IMG/VR virus record: IMGVR_UViG_3300045988_175028
Reading direction: 5' to 3' (one strand)
From: a virus
DNA length: 64,000 nucleotides
Shown here: piece after piece, positions 45,033 through 54,519 of the stretch
Numbering within the stretch: the stretch's first letter is position 1
How the letters are laid out: every line of letters starts with the position of its first letter
The notes under the pieces: generated by a model
Databases searched by the model: none
Told to the model about the DNA's origin: nothing
The model's input: the letters and a program-made list of their open reading frames with translations, nothing else
Position numbers and translations under genes: made by a program

Positions 45033-45245
45033 ATGTATATTGTTGAATTCGAGAATACATATGGCGAACGGAGATGGATTGGTTCCGCCGCGACCAAACC
45101 CAAAGCTAGCAAAATCATCCAAAAATTCCTTAATTCCCATAAATACAAAGCTCCTTATTGGCGTATTATCTCCCTAGAAGATAATATAGAACAAATTGAT
45201 GTAGGTAGCCATACTGAATTTTTCTATATTAGAAAGGAGAACTAA
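45033..45245 (+). CDS. hypothetical protein
   Basis: ORF with RBS AAGGAG. Confidence 0.5.
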   Translation: MYIVEFENTYGERRWIGSAATKPKASKIIQKFLNSHKYKAPYWRIISLEDNIEQIDVGSHTEFFYIRKEN

Positions 45246-45295
45246 ATGAATACTATCAAAAGCTTTATCACCTGCTATGATTCTAGTAAAAAAAC

Positions 45296-45324
45296 TTGAA
45301 AATTTCATATTTTTCTGCTATAAT
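45296..45324 (+). promoter_or_regulatory. class-1 promoter copy 12
   Basis: TTGAAA-N17-TATAAT plus ATATATAGAAAGTGAGAGAGAAAGGAG. Confidence 0.65.
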
Positions 45325-45359
45325 ATATATAGAAAGTGAGAGAGAAAGGAGTTTCAAAA

Positions 45360-45656
45360 ATGATTAAGGCTATTATTCTTGACAATGGTTATAGCCCCAA
45401 AGATGTGGTGGTAAAGTTTGGGAAGAATTATATGAGTGTTTCTCTTAGCTATTTCCTGAATTCGCTTTGTAAGCGCCATGATTCTGATTATGAGGTAAAG
45501 ACCGCTTTTCTTGAGGATATTGAGAGTGATGTAGTAGCAGGGTGGTTTGAAACTCTAAGTAATATGAGTTGCCATACGCCTGCGATTCAGTCCTGTGAGG
45601 AATTTGAGAATCTTTGGGCATCTGATGAAATTGTAGATGGAATTGACTTGTATTGA
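45360..45656 (+). CDS. hypothetical protein
   Basis: ATG at 45360 after the leader. Confidence 0.5.
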   Translation: MIKAIILDNGYSPKDVVVKFGKNYMSVSLSYFLNSLCKRHDSDYEVKTAFLEDIESDVVAGWFETLSNMSCHTPAIQSCEEFENLWASDEIVDGIDLY

Positions 45657-45672
45657 GAAAGGAGACCTTACT

Positions 45673-45903
45673 ATGAAGTATAACTATTTTGAGGTTCCTA
45701 CCCAGGTAAAGTTTTGGGATTATACTAACGGGCGTTATCATGGCGGTATTGCTTATAGAAATGAAATTATTTGTGGGTGCTGCGGAGGCATCTTCGATAT
45801 CAGCGAAATTTATGAGTTCGCGCCGGATACGCTCGAGGACCCTATCGTTATCTATGATAATTGGGTAGATATTAACTACGATATTTGTGGAGATGATAAC
45901 TAA
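45673..45903 (+). CDS. hypothetical protein
   Basis: ATG at 45673 behind GAAAGGAG. Confidence 0.5.
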   Translation: MKYNYFEVPTQVKFWDYTNGRYHGGIAYRNEIICGCCGGIFDISEIYEFAPDTLEDPIVIYDNWVDINYDICGDDN

Positions 45904-45918
45904 GAAAGGAGAATCCCA

Positions 45919-46098
45919 ATGGTAGATACTCAAAGAGTTCATAATACTTGGCTTCATAAGGCGGATTTTTCTGCTGAAGGCTGGGCCAAGCTTCTTGATA
46001 ATTTTGATATAGATGAGGATATTCGGGACAGAGCTTTTGCGATTGATGTGTGGGACGCTGATGTTATTGCGAAGCCAGCACGAGAGGAGGATTATTGA
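45919..46098 (+). CDS. small hypothetical protein (59 aa)
   Basis: RBS AAAGGAGA. Its stop overlaps the next ATG. Confidence 0.4.
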   Translation: MVDTQRVHNTWLHKADFSAEGWAKLLDNFDIDEDIRDRAFAIDVWDADVIAKPAREEDY

Positions 46099-46433
46099 TG
46101 TACCTTTGGGTTGATGATATTAGAACTCCGCCCTGTAATGATTGGCTGTGGGCGCGTTCTACGAATGAAGCCATTACTGCTATTAAGTCCTATGAGAGAA
46201 GTTTTGCTACTGATACTATCTACATCAGTCTTGACCATGATGCGGGCGACTTTGCAGGAGGTGGAGGAGATTATATTCGCGTTTTGGACTGGCTCGAGCA
46301 GGCAGGAATTGTAGATACTGGATATTTTTTTCATCTTCATACTATGAATCCTGTGGGAAGAGAAAACATGGAGAGAATTATCAGAAAAAATGGATGGAGA
46401 TTAGTAGAGGGAGGAAATAATGGACGCTGTTAA
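46098..46433 (+). CDS. hypothetical protein (LWVDDIR..SLDHDAG family common in phages)
   Basis: MYLWVDDIRTPP...ISLDHDAGD...HLHTMNPVG. Confidence 0.5.
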   Translation: MYLWVDDIRTPPCNDWLWARSTNEAITAIKSYERSFATDTIYISLDHDAGDFAGGGGDYIRVLDWLEQAGIVDTGYFFHLHTMNPVGRENMERIIRKNGWRLVEGGNNGRC

Positions 46434-46734
46434 ATTTTTGGAAGAACGGAAGAGAATGTTTAAGGAGGGCAGCCTTATGCCATGCCTTGATGGTGATATC
46501 GGCTACAATTCCGAGAAAGCAGTTAAGATCGTCGAGGAATGGTCTGCTGCACACCCGCGTAAGACACGGCAGAGTGTGCTTTTTGAACAATATCCCTATG
46601 CAAAATGCGTTGATGGTATTTCGGTACTTTGTCCTAGATGGATTAATACTTGTTTTTCTTGTCCTGTTGATGGTAATAATAATGTTAATTGTAATACTTG
46701 TAGACACGAATTCTGGATGCAAGAAGTTCTATGA
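46420..46734 (+). CDS. hypothetical Cys-rich protein (C-terminal CxxCRHEFW)
   Basis: 104-aa ORF. Shares the CxxCRxEFW motif with 56065..56259. Confidence 0.5.
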   Translation: MDAVKFLEERKRMFKEGSLMPCLDGDIGYNSEKAVKIVEEWSAAHPRKTRQSVLFEQYPYAKCVDGISVLCPRWINTCFSCPVDGNNNVNCNTCRHEFWMQEVL

Positions 46735-46818
46735 GGTTTATTTTGCTTACAACGAAAAGAACGGTTGGATTACCATTCCTGATTATTACAACAACGTGTA
46801 CGTTAAGGAGGTAGCATA

Positions 46819-47022
46819 ATGATAAATCTTATTGAGAGAATCTATCGTATCCTGAATGCCTGCAAAGGTTTTGATGTGGGTTACAGCTCAGGCACAGTTT
46901 CCGATGGTTATTTCTACATTGAGTACGAAGGCAAGGCTTACGCCGTGAAGATAGCAGAAATGCCGATGAAGGAGAATGAGAACATTTTTTCTCGTGTTGG
47001 TAAGGTACAGTATTACATTTAA
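46819..47022 (+). CDS. hypothetical protein
   Basis: ORF with RBS AAGGAGG. Confidence 0.5.
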   Translation: MINLIERIYRILNACKGFDVGYSSGTVSDGYFYIEYEGKAYAVKIAEMPMKENENIFSRVGKVQYYI

Positions 47023-47024
47023 GG

Positions 47025-47309
47025 ATGGATAGTAAAATGAATAAAGTAGAACTGACGAATTTGGTAGAAGTGACCTATTTCACTGAAAGAGATAAGAATA
47101 ATATTCCAAAGAATCTGCTGACTGCTATGGTCAGTGTACCTGAAGAGTCTCTACCTCCTATGAGTGAGGAAGAAAAGAAATATGGCCGTCTTCTTGATGT
47201 ATACTTTAAGAAAGCTTCCGATATTCTGGAAAATGAAATTGGGCCAGTTGAAATTTACCCAGGTTCCGATTGTTTTCGTTTCATGGGGCAAGTAACCGTG
47301 GTGTATTAA
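47025..47309 (+). CDS. hypothetical protein (alternative start 47037)
   Basis: Open reading frame; start position is uncertain. Confidence 0.45.
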   Translation: MDSKMNKVELTNLVEVTYFTERDKNNIPKNLLTAMVSVPEESLPPMSEEEKKYGRLLDVYFKKASDILENEIGPVEIYPGSDCFRFMGQVTVVY

Positions 47310-47361
47310 AATATTTCAGCTACTTAGTTAAGCTGTGGCATGAATAACGCAAGGAGGAGTT

Positions 47362-47532
47362 ATGGTAAAGAATGCAAGGTACATTATGCTGGCAACAAAT
47401 GCAATGATCAATGATTTTCAGAGTTGTGAAAACGAAGTATTTGTTGATATGATTAAGAATCATATTATAGACGGTGTACCTTTTGAGGAAGAAGACATTA
47501 TGCAGTGGGATAAGGAGGAGGAGGTTGAATAA
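47362..47532 (+). CDS. small acidic protein (56 aa)
   Basis: RBS AAGGAGGAG. TAATG coupling to the next gene. Confidence 0.4.
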   Translation: MVKNARYIMLATNAMINDFQSCENEVFVDMIKNHIIDGVPFEEEDIMQWDKEEEVE

Positions 47533-47867
47533 TGGCTGAATACATCAGGCAGGAAGCTATAATCAACCGAATTAAGGAATACGCGTTAGATGTGTATGGT
47601 ATTGATTTAGATAACTCATTACGAATTGCTGGAAAAAGCGTGGACGATAGAATTTGTGAGGGGCTGTATGAAGCAATAGAATTGATTAATGAAATTCCCT
47701 CTGAAGACGTGGTCCTAGAGATGCGTGGACGGTGGGTACATCTTGGTGGGGATGAGTGGTGTTGCTCTGCGTGTGGCTTTGTCATTACCACTGAGGGAAG
47801 CTGGGATAAGCCTACTAAAAAATACTGCGAGGATTGTGGAGCAAAAATGGAACAGGAGGTCAGGTGA
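47532..47867 (+). CDS. zinc-ribbon protein
   Basis: CCSACG...CEDCG. Confidence 0.5.
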   Translation: MAEYIRQEAIINRIKEYALDVYGIDLDNSLRIAGKSVDDRICEGLYEAIELINEIPSEDVVLEMRGRWVHLGGDEWCCSACGFVITTEGSWDKPTKKYCEDCGAKMEQEVR

Positions 47868-48104
47868 ATGATTAGTCTTGAGAATTATGGCCTATCTGAT
47901 TACGAGCTTGGTGTATATTCTGACCTGTTGGAGAATTTCCCTCAACTAAATAATATGGCAATAGACCAAATGAAAGTTTTTGCTGATAGTCTTTATGTTG
48001 AAGCGTGTGGGCTTCGAAGTGAAGCAGAAGATATTGATAACTGGATGCATGTTCTTGAGAATTTTATTGGAACGATTCAAGAAAGAGAGGAATATAATGA
48101 TTGA
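47868..48104 (+). CDS. hypothetical protein
   Basis: ORF with an RBS. Confidence 0.5.
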   Translation: MISLENYGLSDYELGVYSDLLENFPQLNNMAIDQMKVFADSLYVEACGLRSEAEDIDNWMHVLENFIGTIQEREEYND

Positions 48105-48840
48105 TAGTCTATATAAACCATTTCAAAAATGGAGCGAAAAGGGTACAATTTGGATTTTTAGCGACCCTCATTTTGAGGATGAAGACCTCGTAAATGCCTA
48201 TGATGACAGGCCCTCTGCAGATGAACTTGTACGCCGTATCAATTCTAAAGTTGGAAAGTGTGATACGCTTATTTGTCTTGGCGATGTTGGCGCGCTCTCT
48301 TATGCCCCTTTTTTGAGAGGATATAAGGTTTTGGTTATGGGCAATCATGATGCAGGTAGGACTTTATATGAAAGACAGAAAGTGTGGAGAAAGTTTGATA
48401 AAGATAAATATACAAAAACCGAAGCCCTTAGTGAGATGAAACGCCGTCATCCCGACTGTGAGTGTAGTATCAAAAGAGGGAATGAGCCCAATTCTCTTTT
48501 TGACTACTGGGAAGTTTGTGCGGACAATAGGCTCTTTGATGAAGTGTATGAAGGTCCTGTTATGATTTCTCCAAAGCTTGTGTTGTCTCATGAGCCTATT
48601 GATTGTGCTGGTTGGGCTTTCAATCTTCATGGTCATATTCATGCCCGCTCTCATAAAAATGACGAATGCCATTATAATGTTTGTGCTGATTGCCACAATT
48701 ATCTTCCTTTGAATCTAAATCGGTTTTTGAAGTCAGGAGCCCTCTCCAAGATTTCTTCTATCCATCGTCAGACGATTGACGAGGCAACCGCGCGACGTAA
48801 GAAGCGAGGTTATCGTTTAACCAGTCCCAAAAATAAGTAA
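48097..48840 (+). CDS. calcineurin-like metallophosphoesterase
   Basis: SDPHF, LGDVG, GNHD and GHIH motifs. ATG at 48097. Confidence 0.7.
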   Translation: MIDSLYKPFQKWSEKGTIWIFSDPHFEDEDLVNAYDDRPSADELVRRINSKVGKCDTLICLGDVGALSYAPFLRGYKVLVMGNHDAGRTLYERQKVWRKFDKDKYTKTEALSEMKRRHPDCECSIKRGNEPNSLFDYWEVCADNRLFDEVYEGPVMISPKLVLSHEPIDCAGWAFNLHGHIHARSHKNDECHYNVCADCHNYLPLNLNRFLKSGALSKISSIHRQTIDEATARRKKRGYRLTSPKNK

Positions 48841-48847
48841 AAGAAAC

Positions 48848-48878
48848 GACTACGCAGATACCTGCGTAGTCTATTTTT
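48848..48878 (+). terminator. intrinsic terminator
   Basis: GACTACGCAG..TGCGTAGTC hairpin followed by a T-run. Confidence 0.65.
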
Positions 48879-48883
48879 ATAAT

Positions 48884-48912
48884 TTGAAATTTTCCTGTAT
48901 TTATAGTATACT
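48884..48912 (+). promoter_or_regulatory. class-1 promoter copy 13
   Basis: TTGAAA-N17-TATACT plus ATATATAGAAAGTAAGAAAGGAA. Confidence 0.65.
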
Positions 48913-48945
48913 ATATATAGAAAGTAAGAAAGGAAGATAAAAAAT

Positions 48946-49182
48946 ATGACTCGTTATCATTATATCAAGAAAATGACTTATTTTCGTTATCGTCTTCATA
49001 TGCTCCCTTGCAACAAATCTACAAAGATGGCTGATTGCTATCTCTCGGATTTTAAGAAGAACGTCTCATTTCCTCCTTTTAAGTATCCTGACGGTAGAAT
49101 TATGGCTTACACTTATGCTGAAGCATGGGAGAATATTTGTAAGGCTATGAGAACGATTGAAGGCTTGGAGGATTTGAAATAA
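48946..49182 (+). CDS. hypothetical protein
   Basis: Sits behind the leader. Confidence 0.5.
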   Translation: MTRYHYIKKMTYFRYRLHMLPCNKSTKMADCYLSDFKKNVSFPPFKYPDGRIMAYTYAEAWENICKAMRTIEGLEDLK

Positions 49183-49364
49183 ATGAATATTGGAGTAAAC
49201 AAAGATGAAGCTCAACTTATTTATGATTCAATTATTTATGCTCTAAAGATGGGTATGGAACGATATATAGATTTTTGTTATCCAAAAACTGAAATTCCTC
49301 AACTATTGACTTAATTGGAGCTTGCTATACAGATAGAGGATTAAAATAAGAAAGGAGAACTTCG

Positions 49365-49574
49365 ATGAACGAAACCGTAAAGATTTGGTTGGAAAATTTT
49401 ATCAATAAAGAGATAGATGATGTTCTAGATGATATCGAGAGTAGAAAGACTTGGTGTCTTGGAATTAGTAATAAGGAATTTCTTCAGATACAATTAGATA
49501 GACTATCTTTGTGTAATGAGTATCTTACTGCGTTAAAGATTCTCAAGAATCGTATTGAGAGAGGAGACCTCTAA
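49365..49574 (+). CDS. hypothetical protein
   Basis: RBS AAAGGAGA. Confidence 0.5.
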   Translation: MNETVKIWLENFINKEIDDVLDDIESRKTWCLGISNKEFLQIQLDRLSLCNEYLTALKILKNRIERGDL

Positions 49575-49682
49575 TTCCATTGGAAAATCTTTACAAGAAA
49601 CCTCGATAGAATTTAGAGAGATTAGATATTCAGAAGGAGGAAATAATTAGAGTCTGAAAGAGAAATCAAAAGTTCTAATTTA

Positions 49683-50189
49683 TTGAAGAATAGAAAGGAG
49701 ATTTGTTTGAATATTATTTTATTTTTGATTTTGCTGGCGATTGTTTTTGCTGTTATTTTTGTCTTTCGCGGATGGCCCTTTTCTAGCTGGAGAGATGGTT
49801 ATAAGAACGCGGGTGTGAGAATGTCTTTTGTAGAGTTCCGACGGATTTATGAGCTCGCGCCGAGTAAGTGGAGGAGGTATGGGGACTATACTTATCGTCG
49901 AGATGAGTGGATTCCGAACCCTGAAAGTGGTTTTCCTGAAACCAATATCTCTACGAGTATTGCAATGAAAACACTTTTTGACTTTTTGAGACTTCTTCTT
50001 TGGTTGAAAAGGTGTGTAAGACAGTGTGAGCGAGAGAAGCGTTTTAAAGAGGAAAATATCTGTCTCAAAAATTTAAGTATTATGATTGAAAAAGATGCAG
50101 AGAATATTCGTAAAGAAATAGAAAAAAAGGAGCAGGAAGCCGAGGAACTTCGGCAGAAAATCATTGATAGATTAGGAGGCAACAAGTAA
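49683..50189 (+). CDS. membrane protein (start uncertain, TTG 49683 or 49707)
   Basis: TM helix ILFLILLAIVFAVIFVF. C-terminal coiled coil. Confidence 0.5.
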   Translation: MKNRKEICLNIILFLILLAIVFAVIFVFRGWPFSSWRDGYKNAGVRMSFVEFRRIYELAPSKWRRYGDYTYRRDEWIPNPESGFPETNISTSIAMKTLFDFLRLLLWLKRCVRQCEREKRFKEENICLKNLSIMIEKDAENIRKEIEKKEQEAEELRQKIIDRLGGNK

Positions 50190-50395
50190 TGACTGAACGC
50201 CAGATTGTACTTTTGAATAAAATGATTGAGGCTTGTATCAACTGTGGAGGAGATCCTGGTGGGCCTTACTGGATTGATGTAGGAGAAACCTTTGAAGCTA
50301 TTTTGGATTTCGCTTCTTCTTTTCATGATAATTTAGCAGTACAGTACATTCCTCATAAGGAGTTTAGAATTTATAAAGTAGAAAGGGAGGAATAA
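50189..50395 (+). CDS. hypothetical protein
   Basis: TAATG coupling to the upstream gene. Confidence 0.5.
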   Translation: MTERQIVLLNKMIEACINCGGDPGGPYWIDVGETFEAILDFASSFHDNLAVQYIPHKEFRIYKVEREE

Positions 50396-50396
50396 G

Positions 50397-50951
50397 ATGG
50401 CTATTTTCATCGTGAGCGACCTCCATTTAGGTCATGACAAACCCTTCATCTACGGCGCGAGAGGCTTTGAGAATGTTGAAGATATGAATGAGACTATCAT
50501 TCGTAAGTGGAATGAGATTGTAAATGAAGAAGATGATGTCTATGTGTTGGGAGATTTGGTGATGGGGCCAGAGATGAATCTCCAAATGCTCCGTAGGCTT
50601 AGAGGCTGGCTTCATATTGTGCGAGGGAACCATGATAGTGATACTCGATGGGGCTTCTATCAGGGACTTCCTAATGTAGTAGAGGTAGATAATAGTCTTT
50701 ATTTTTCCTCTGACGGCTATAAGTTCTATTTGTCTCACTATCCAACAATTACAACGCGCGCTGATGTTAAGAGGCCGTTGAAGAAGTGTTTGGTGAATTT
50801 GTGCGGGCATACACATACGAAAGACCCATTCGAAGATTGGGGAATTGGGATGATTTACCATTGCGAGGTAGATGCGCATGACTGCGCGCCAGTTCGGATT
50901 GAAGATATTATTACGGATTTGAAACAAAAGATGAACGACCGCGCCGATTAA
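50397..50951 (+). CDS. calcineurin-like metallophosphoesterase
   Basis: SDLHLGHD, LGDL, GNHD and GHTH motifs. Confidence 0.7.
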   Translation: MAIFIVSDLHLGHDKPFIYGARGFENVEDMNETIIRKWNEIVNEEDDVYVLGDLVMGPEMNLQMLRRLRGWLHIVRGNHDSDTRWGFYQGLPNVVEVDNSLYFSSDGYKFYLSHYPTITTRADVKRPLKKCLVNLCGHTHTKDPFEDWGIGMIYHCEVDAHDCAPVRIEDIITDLKQKMNDRAD

Positions 50952-50968
50952 GCGTGGTCGTTTTCTTT
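50936..50968 (+). terminator. intrinsic terminator
   Basis: CGACCGCGC..GCGTGGTCG hairpin followed by a T-run. Confidence 0.6.
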
Positions 50969-50975
50969 TTTAGAT

Positions 50976-51004
50976 TTGAAATTTTTTGGAATTTAGTATA
51001 TAAT
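50976..51004 (+). promoter_or_regulatory. class-1 promoter copy 14
   Basis: TTGAAA-N17-TATAAT plus ATATATAGAAAATAAGAAAGGAA. Confidence 0.65.
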
Positions 51005-51034
51005 ATATATAGAAAATAAGAAAGGAATGGTTTT

Positions 51035-51190
51035 ATGAAAGTTATTGCTCGCTACTCTGGTTTTAAGGTTGTTGATATTCCGAATAACCTTTCTCTTACC
51101 GAGGACGACATTATGGACTACCTGTATGGACTGGATGTTCAGTGTGATGACGTAGATTATGAAGTTTTGGAGGAGGAAACAGGAGAATGA
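51035..51190 (+). CDS. small acidic protein (51 aa)
   Basis: Sits behind the leader. Similar to the C-terminus of the next gene (V.DIP.N....I.DYL.G). Confidence 0.4.
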   Translation: MKVIARYSGFKVVDIPNNLSLTEDDIMDYLYGLDVQCDDVDYEVLEEETGE

Positions 51191-51609
51191 ATTATAACTG
51201 GCTTAATAATTTCAAGGGAGTTAAAGTTGATTTTACTCCAGATTTTTCTGATTATGGTTATTGGGCTTTTCTTGATAATGAGGGTATGCTTGTAATTGGG
51301 GAAGAGCGAGGGCGTGATGGAGGACGACTCTATCGAGGTCCTTGGAAGGGAGAAAATACTCCTTATCTTTCGGATATAAAGAAAGAACAACCCAAACTTT
51401 TTTCTAGAATAACGAACTTTTATGAAAGAGAGTTTGAAAATTTGACTTTGGAGAAAGAGAAAATGATGAAGACGGTTTATGTATCTTATTCTGTACTGAA
51501 GATTGTTGATGTTCCAGATAATTGGAACGATAGAGAAATTAAAGACTACCTTGAGGGTATTGCTCCTGAAGATTATAATGATATGGTATACGATATTAAG
51601 GAGGATTAA
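51187..51609 (+). CDS. hypothetical protein
   Basis: ATGA overlap with the upstream gene. Confidence 0.5.
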   Translation: MNYNWLNNFKGVKVDFTPDFSDYGYWAFLDNEGMLVIGEERGRDGGRLYRGPWKGENTPYLSDIKKEQPKLFSRITNFYEREFENLTLEKEKMMKTVYVSYSVLKIVDVPDNWNDREIKDYLEGIAPEDYNDMVYDIKED

Positions 51610-51612
51610 GAT

Positions 51613-51882
51613 ATGATTATTTGTTCTGCGTTGAAAGATAGAGATACTAATGTTATTTTTTCTGGTATTCGACACGCGGATATTTATGAAATGCTTTATA
51701 ACTTGGGTTATAAAATTGATGCTATCAATGTTATTGAAGGCTTTGTAGATAATAGAAATACTTTTTATAATCGTCATGAAGCCTTTATGTGGGCACAGCA
51801 GATTGGTCAGCTTCCAGAAACTGTGCTTGAATACAAAAAGGAACATATGGAAAATGAATTATATTCGGAGGATTTGTACTAA
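51613..51882 (+). CDS. hypothetical protein
   Basis: RBS AAGGAGGA. Confidence 0.5.
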   Translation: MIICSALKDRDTNVIFSGIRHADIYEMLYNLGYKIDAINVIEGFVDNRNTFYNRHEAFMWAQQIGQLPETVLEYKKEHMENELYSEDLY

Positions 51883-52388
51883 TGGCAAATATGAAGTTGG
51901 AGATTGATGGGAAGGTTTATGATTTTGTTCCCGAGAGTTTTGCAATTGATAATGAAGGGAATATTATTTTGAAGTCAAAGCAGGAAAAGAGGAATCCTTT
52001 TGAAAGAGTCAAAGAGGGAGAAGGGTTTTATTATATTAGTGGAGACGAACGGATAATGACAAATAAGGAATATCCCTGGCATTGTGTTGATGGATATTAT
52101 GACTGTGCTAATTATTGTACTGATGCGGAACTTCTTAGACAGCGCGCCCTCTATGAAAAGCTTGAACGGTGTTTGTGGCGTTTTTCTATGGAGAATGGTG
52201 GGAGTGGAGACTATTACCCTATTTTGAACAGAGTAACTCGTAGATGGTCTACTACTTGTGTGGAAATTCAAAGATTCGGACCTTCTTTCAAGACTCGTGA
52301 GGTTTGCGAGCGTGCAATTAAGGAAGTAATAAAGCCGATGTTGGATGGAATTGCTGAGGAGGAAATCTTTTCGTGGAGAGGAGTATAA
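51882..52388 (+). CDS. hypothetical protein
   Basis: TAATG coupling to the upstream gene. Confidence 0.5.
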   Translation: MANMKLEIDGKVYDFVPESFAIDNEGNIILKSKQEKRNPFERVKEGEGFYYISGDERIMTNKEYPWHCVDGYYDCANYCTDAELLRQRALYEKLERCLWRFSMENGGSGDYYPILNRVTRRWSTTCVEIQRFGPSFKTREVCERAIKEVIKPMLDGIAEEEIFSWRGV

Positions 52389-52444
52389 TTCCTAAAAAAT
52401 TATAGTAATGAAGATTGTCAATAGATTAGAAGGAGAGAATAATT

Positions 52445-52615
52445 ATGGAAGATAAAAAATTTTGTCCATTGTGTTATTGTCTTAGTAATACAGCACTGTC
52501 TTTAGGAGCATTGATGTGTGAAAAAGAGAAGTGTATGTGGTGGCAGGATGGAGATTGTATTTGTAATATAGTAGGAAGAGCTCTAGTCATATTGTCAAAT
52601 ATTAGACAGCCGTGA
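52445..52615 (+). CDS. small Cys-rich protein (56 aa)
   Basis: RBS AAGGAGAGA. Contains CPLCYC..C..C..C.C. Confidence 0.4.
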   Translation: MEDKKFCPLCYCLSNTALSLGALMCEKEKCMWWQDGDCICNIVGRALVILSNIRQP

Positions 52616-52751
52616 TAAGCTATTGACAAATATAAATTGTGTGGTAATAATAGTACAAAATTGGATCATTAAAAAGGCGAGATACGTCGTTGTTGGGTTG
52701 GATATTTAATAATTTGAGAATATATGCCACGGTGAATATAGGGTGAGAATT

Positions 52752-53006
52752 ATGATGGGAACAATAAATTGTGTGTATGAAACTCCTTGTGGATGGTGCT
52801 CAAAGTGGGATAAAAAGTGTAACCAAAAGACACCAGAGCAAAAACAAGGAAAGATTAATTCTGTAGATACTGCCACTAATAAGACGTGCCAATCAGAATC
52901 CGACCATGATTGGGAATGTATTGGAATGTCCACAATAGGAGCAGATTGTATATGTAGAAAATGCTGTGCTCGAAAAACCGTCCCATGGGAGAAAATATTA
53001 GGTTAA
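52752..53006 (+). CDS. Cys-rich hypothetical protein
   Basis: Open reading frame; ATG at 52752. Confidence 0.45.
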   Translation: MMGTINCVYETPCGWCSKWDKKCNQKTPEQKQGKINSVDTATNKTCQSESDHDWECIGMSTIGADCICRKCCARKTVPWEKILG

Positions 53007-53026
53007 AAATAGAGGAGGTCAGACGA

Positions 53027-53176
53027 ATGACAAGACTTGATTGTGTAATTAGATTGCTCCGGTGTCTTAGATCTTTTGATAATTGTGATAGTAGAGACGT
53101 TGAAGCTTTTGCAAGAGCTATTATGGAGCTTGGAAGAAATGAAATGAAGGAAGTGGTGCGGAGTGAGAAAATGTAG
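53027..53176 (+). CDS. small hypothetical protein
   Basis: ATG at 53027 behind AGAGGAGG. Confidence 0.45.
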   Translation: MTRLDCVIRLLRCLRSFDNCDSRDVEAFARAIMELGRNEMKEVVRSEKM

Positions 53177-53457
53177 CAGAGAATGTATTCCTTTTTTGCG
53201 ACTATGGATATGGGTACTGTATTGCTCCTGATACAATTTGTCCTCATTGGCAAGGTACTTTTTGTGAGTTGGATTTGAGTATGGTGCAGTTGGCTTCTCA
53301 TTATACTCCCAAAGCTAAGCCGAATTTTATTATTTGTGATGAAGTTGAGACAAAGAGAAATTGCCATAAATGTGTCTACGAAGTTGGATGTACCGATAAC
53401 CCAGTAGGTTGTAAGCGATATAAAAGAGATGCGCCGGATGGAGGTTATTATGGATAA
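53163..53457 (+). pseudogene. Cys-rich protein gene split by a frame change at the T6 run (53192-53197)
   Basis: GTG at 53163 reads MRKCSRECIPF. The frame carrying ..CDYGYGYCIAPDTICPHWQGTFCE.. is open from 53167 but has no start until the TTG at 53269. Confidence 0.4.
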
Positions 53458-54043
53458 AAACTTTATATGGGTTTTGATGCTAAAAAATATTGTGGTAGTA
53501 CTTGTTTGGGGAGCACTTGCAGTATTATTTGATAAATGGTGGATAGCTCTTTTTGCTATACTTTTTATGAGTTATGTAAAAGTAAAAACTACGTTTTATA
53601 GAATTTGTGATGGATGTGGTAAACATGGTCCATATGCAAATAGCTATAATAAGGCTCTTGATAAAGCAAAAGAAGCAGGGTGGGTTCACTATGTAGATGG
53701 TAATAAGGATTACTGTCCAGAGTGCGCTGAGAAGGAGAGAGCTATTATGGATAAACCCCTACTAGCACAAAACCTATATGATGCTATCATAGCGGATAAT
53801 AGTAAATTCAAAGCGTATTGGAATACCCATCCAGAAGAAGTTGAAGAAATTTGTCGTAAGTTTTCTGAAAAGTATGTGGATGAAAGATGTAAGTATTTGA
53901 AGGTGGAGAGAGCGCCTTTGAGTTGTGAGAAAGGTTTTGTCTATCCAGGAGATCGAACTTTTTGTTTGAAAAAGGATAGGGAGTTATTGGACCTTTTTGA
54001 ATGTAAAGATTGTGAATATAAGAAAAGACCTACTTCGGATTGA
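53450..54043 (+). CDS. membrane protein with zinc-ribbon motifs
   Basis: Two TM helices, then CDGCGK and CPEC. Confidence 0.5.
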   Translation: MDKNFIWVLMLKNIVVVLVWGALAVLFDKWWIALFAILFMSYVKVKTTFYRICDGCGKHGPYANSYNKALDKAKEAGWVHYVDGNKDYCPECAEKERAIMDKPLLAQNLYDAIIADNSKFKAYWNTHPEEVEEICRKFSEKYVDERCKYLKVERAPLSCEKGFVYPGDRTFCLKKDRELLDLFECKDCEYKKRPTSD

Positions 54044-54055
54044 GGCAGGTCTTTT

Positions 54056-54403
54056 TTAAAAGTCTTGAGTTATAATTAGGTTTAGTTGGCGCGAGAGCCA
54101 TTCGGGAGATATAAGGGAGGAGTCTGTGTCCCAGATTAGGAGTAGAGGAATTTTATGGGAAGAGGCGTAGTTATCTTTTATAGCGTTGACTTGTCGTAGA
54201 CGTTGGGGATTAGGAACGCGCGAAATATCATGGTACCGTTCTTCAATTAAAACGATGGACCCGCGCCAAGTAAGCCTTAGCTTCCACAGTAATGGATATC
54301 CCAAAGGAGATAGACAATCTCGATAGGATACATTCAGAGAGTAGGAGACTCCTAATTCCTCCAAAGTCGTAGTAATTTTTTTCATTAGTTTTGATTGTTT
54401 CAT
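54056..54403 (-). CDS. degenerate paralogue of the 11454..11849 endonuclease-fold protein
   Basis: Shared ..LIEERYH.. and SHKIPLLLIWDTD segments (compare EVQGRQH and SHKIPLYCIPWWDMD). Confidence 0.5.
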   Translation of the reverse strand: MKQSKLMKKITTTLEELGVSYSLNVSYRDCLSPLGYPLLWKLRLTWRGSIVLIEERYHDISRVPNPQRLRQVNAIKDNYASSHKIPLLLIWDTDSSLISPEWLSRQLNLIITQDF

Positions 54404-54519
54404 AAAGCCTCCAAAATTTAGTGTTCAAAATTTTATAGAAAGAATAGCTAGAATTTACTTTCCTATTGAAGAGTAAAGGGAAGGAGTAATTATAATAAGT
54501 AAAAATTTTGGGAAAATTT

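Noticed and set aside
46487-46819. 110-aa ORF overlapping 46420..46734 in the +1 frame. This raises a possible +1 frameshift at CTA-TGA (46729-46734), because the tail (..YEVYFAYNEKNGWITIPDYYNNVYVKEVA) looks protein-like and its TAA overlaps the next ATG.
   Set aside because: - The first two thirds of the ORF look like an out-of-frame artefact.
- There is no stimulatory SD-like element upstream of the putative shift site.
- The evidence is too thin. It is only worth checking with proteomics.
51157-51846. 229-aa minus-strand ORF.
   Set aside because: It is antisense to three well-supported, RBS-preceded plus-strand genes behind a class-1 promoter. Its translation is Ile/Phe/Asn-rich, typical of AT-rich antisense frames.
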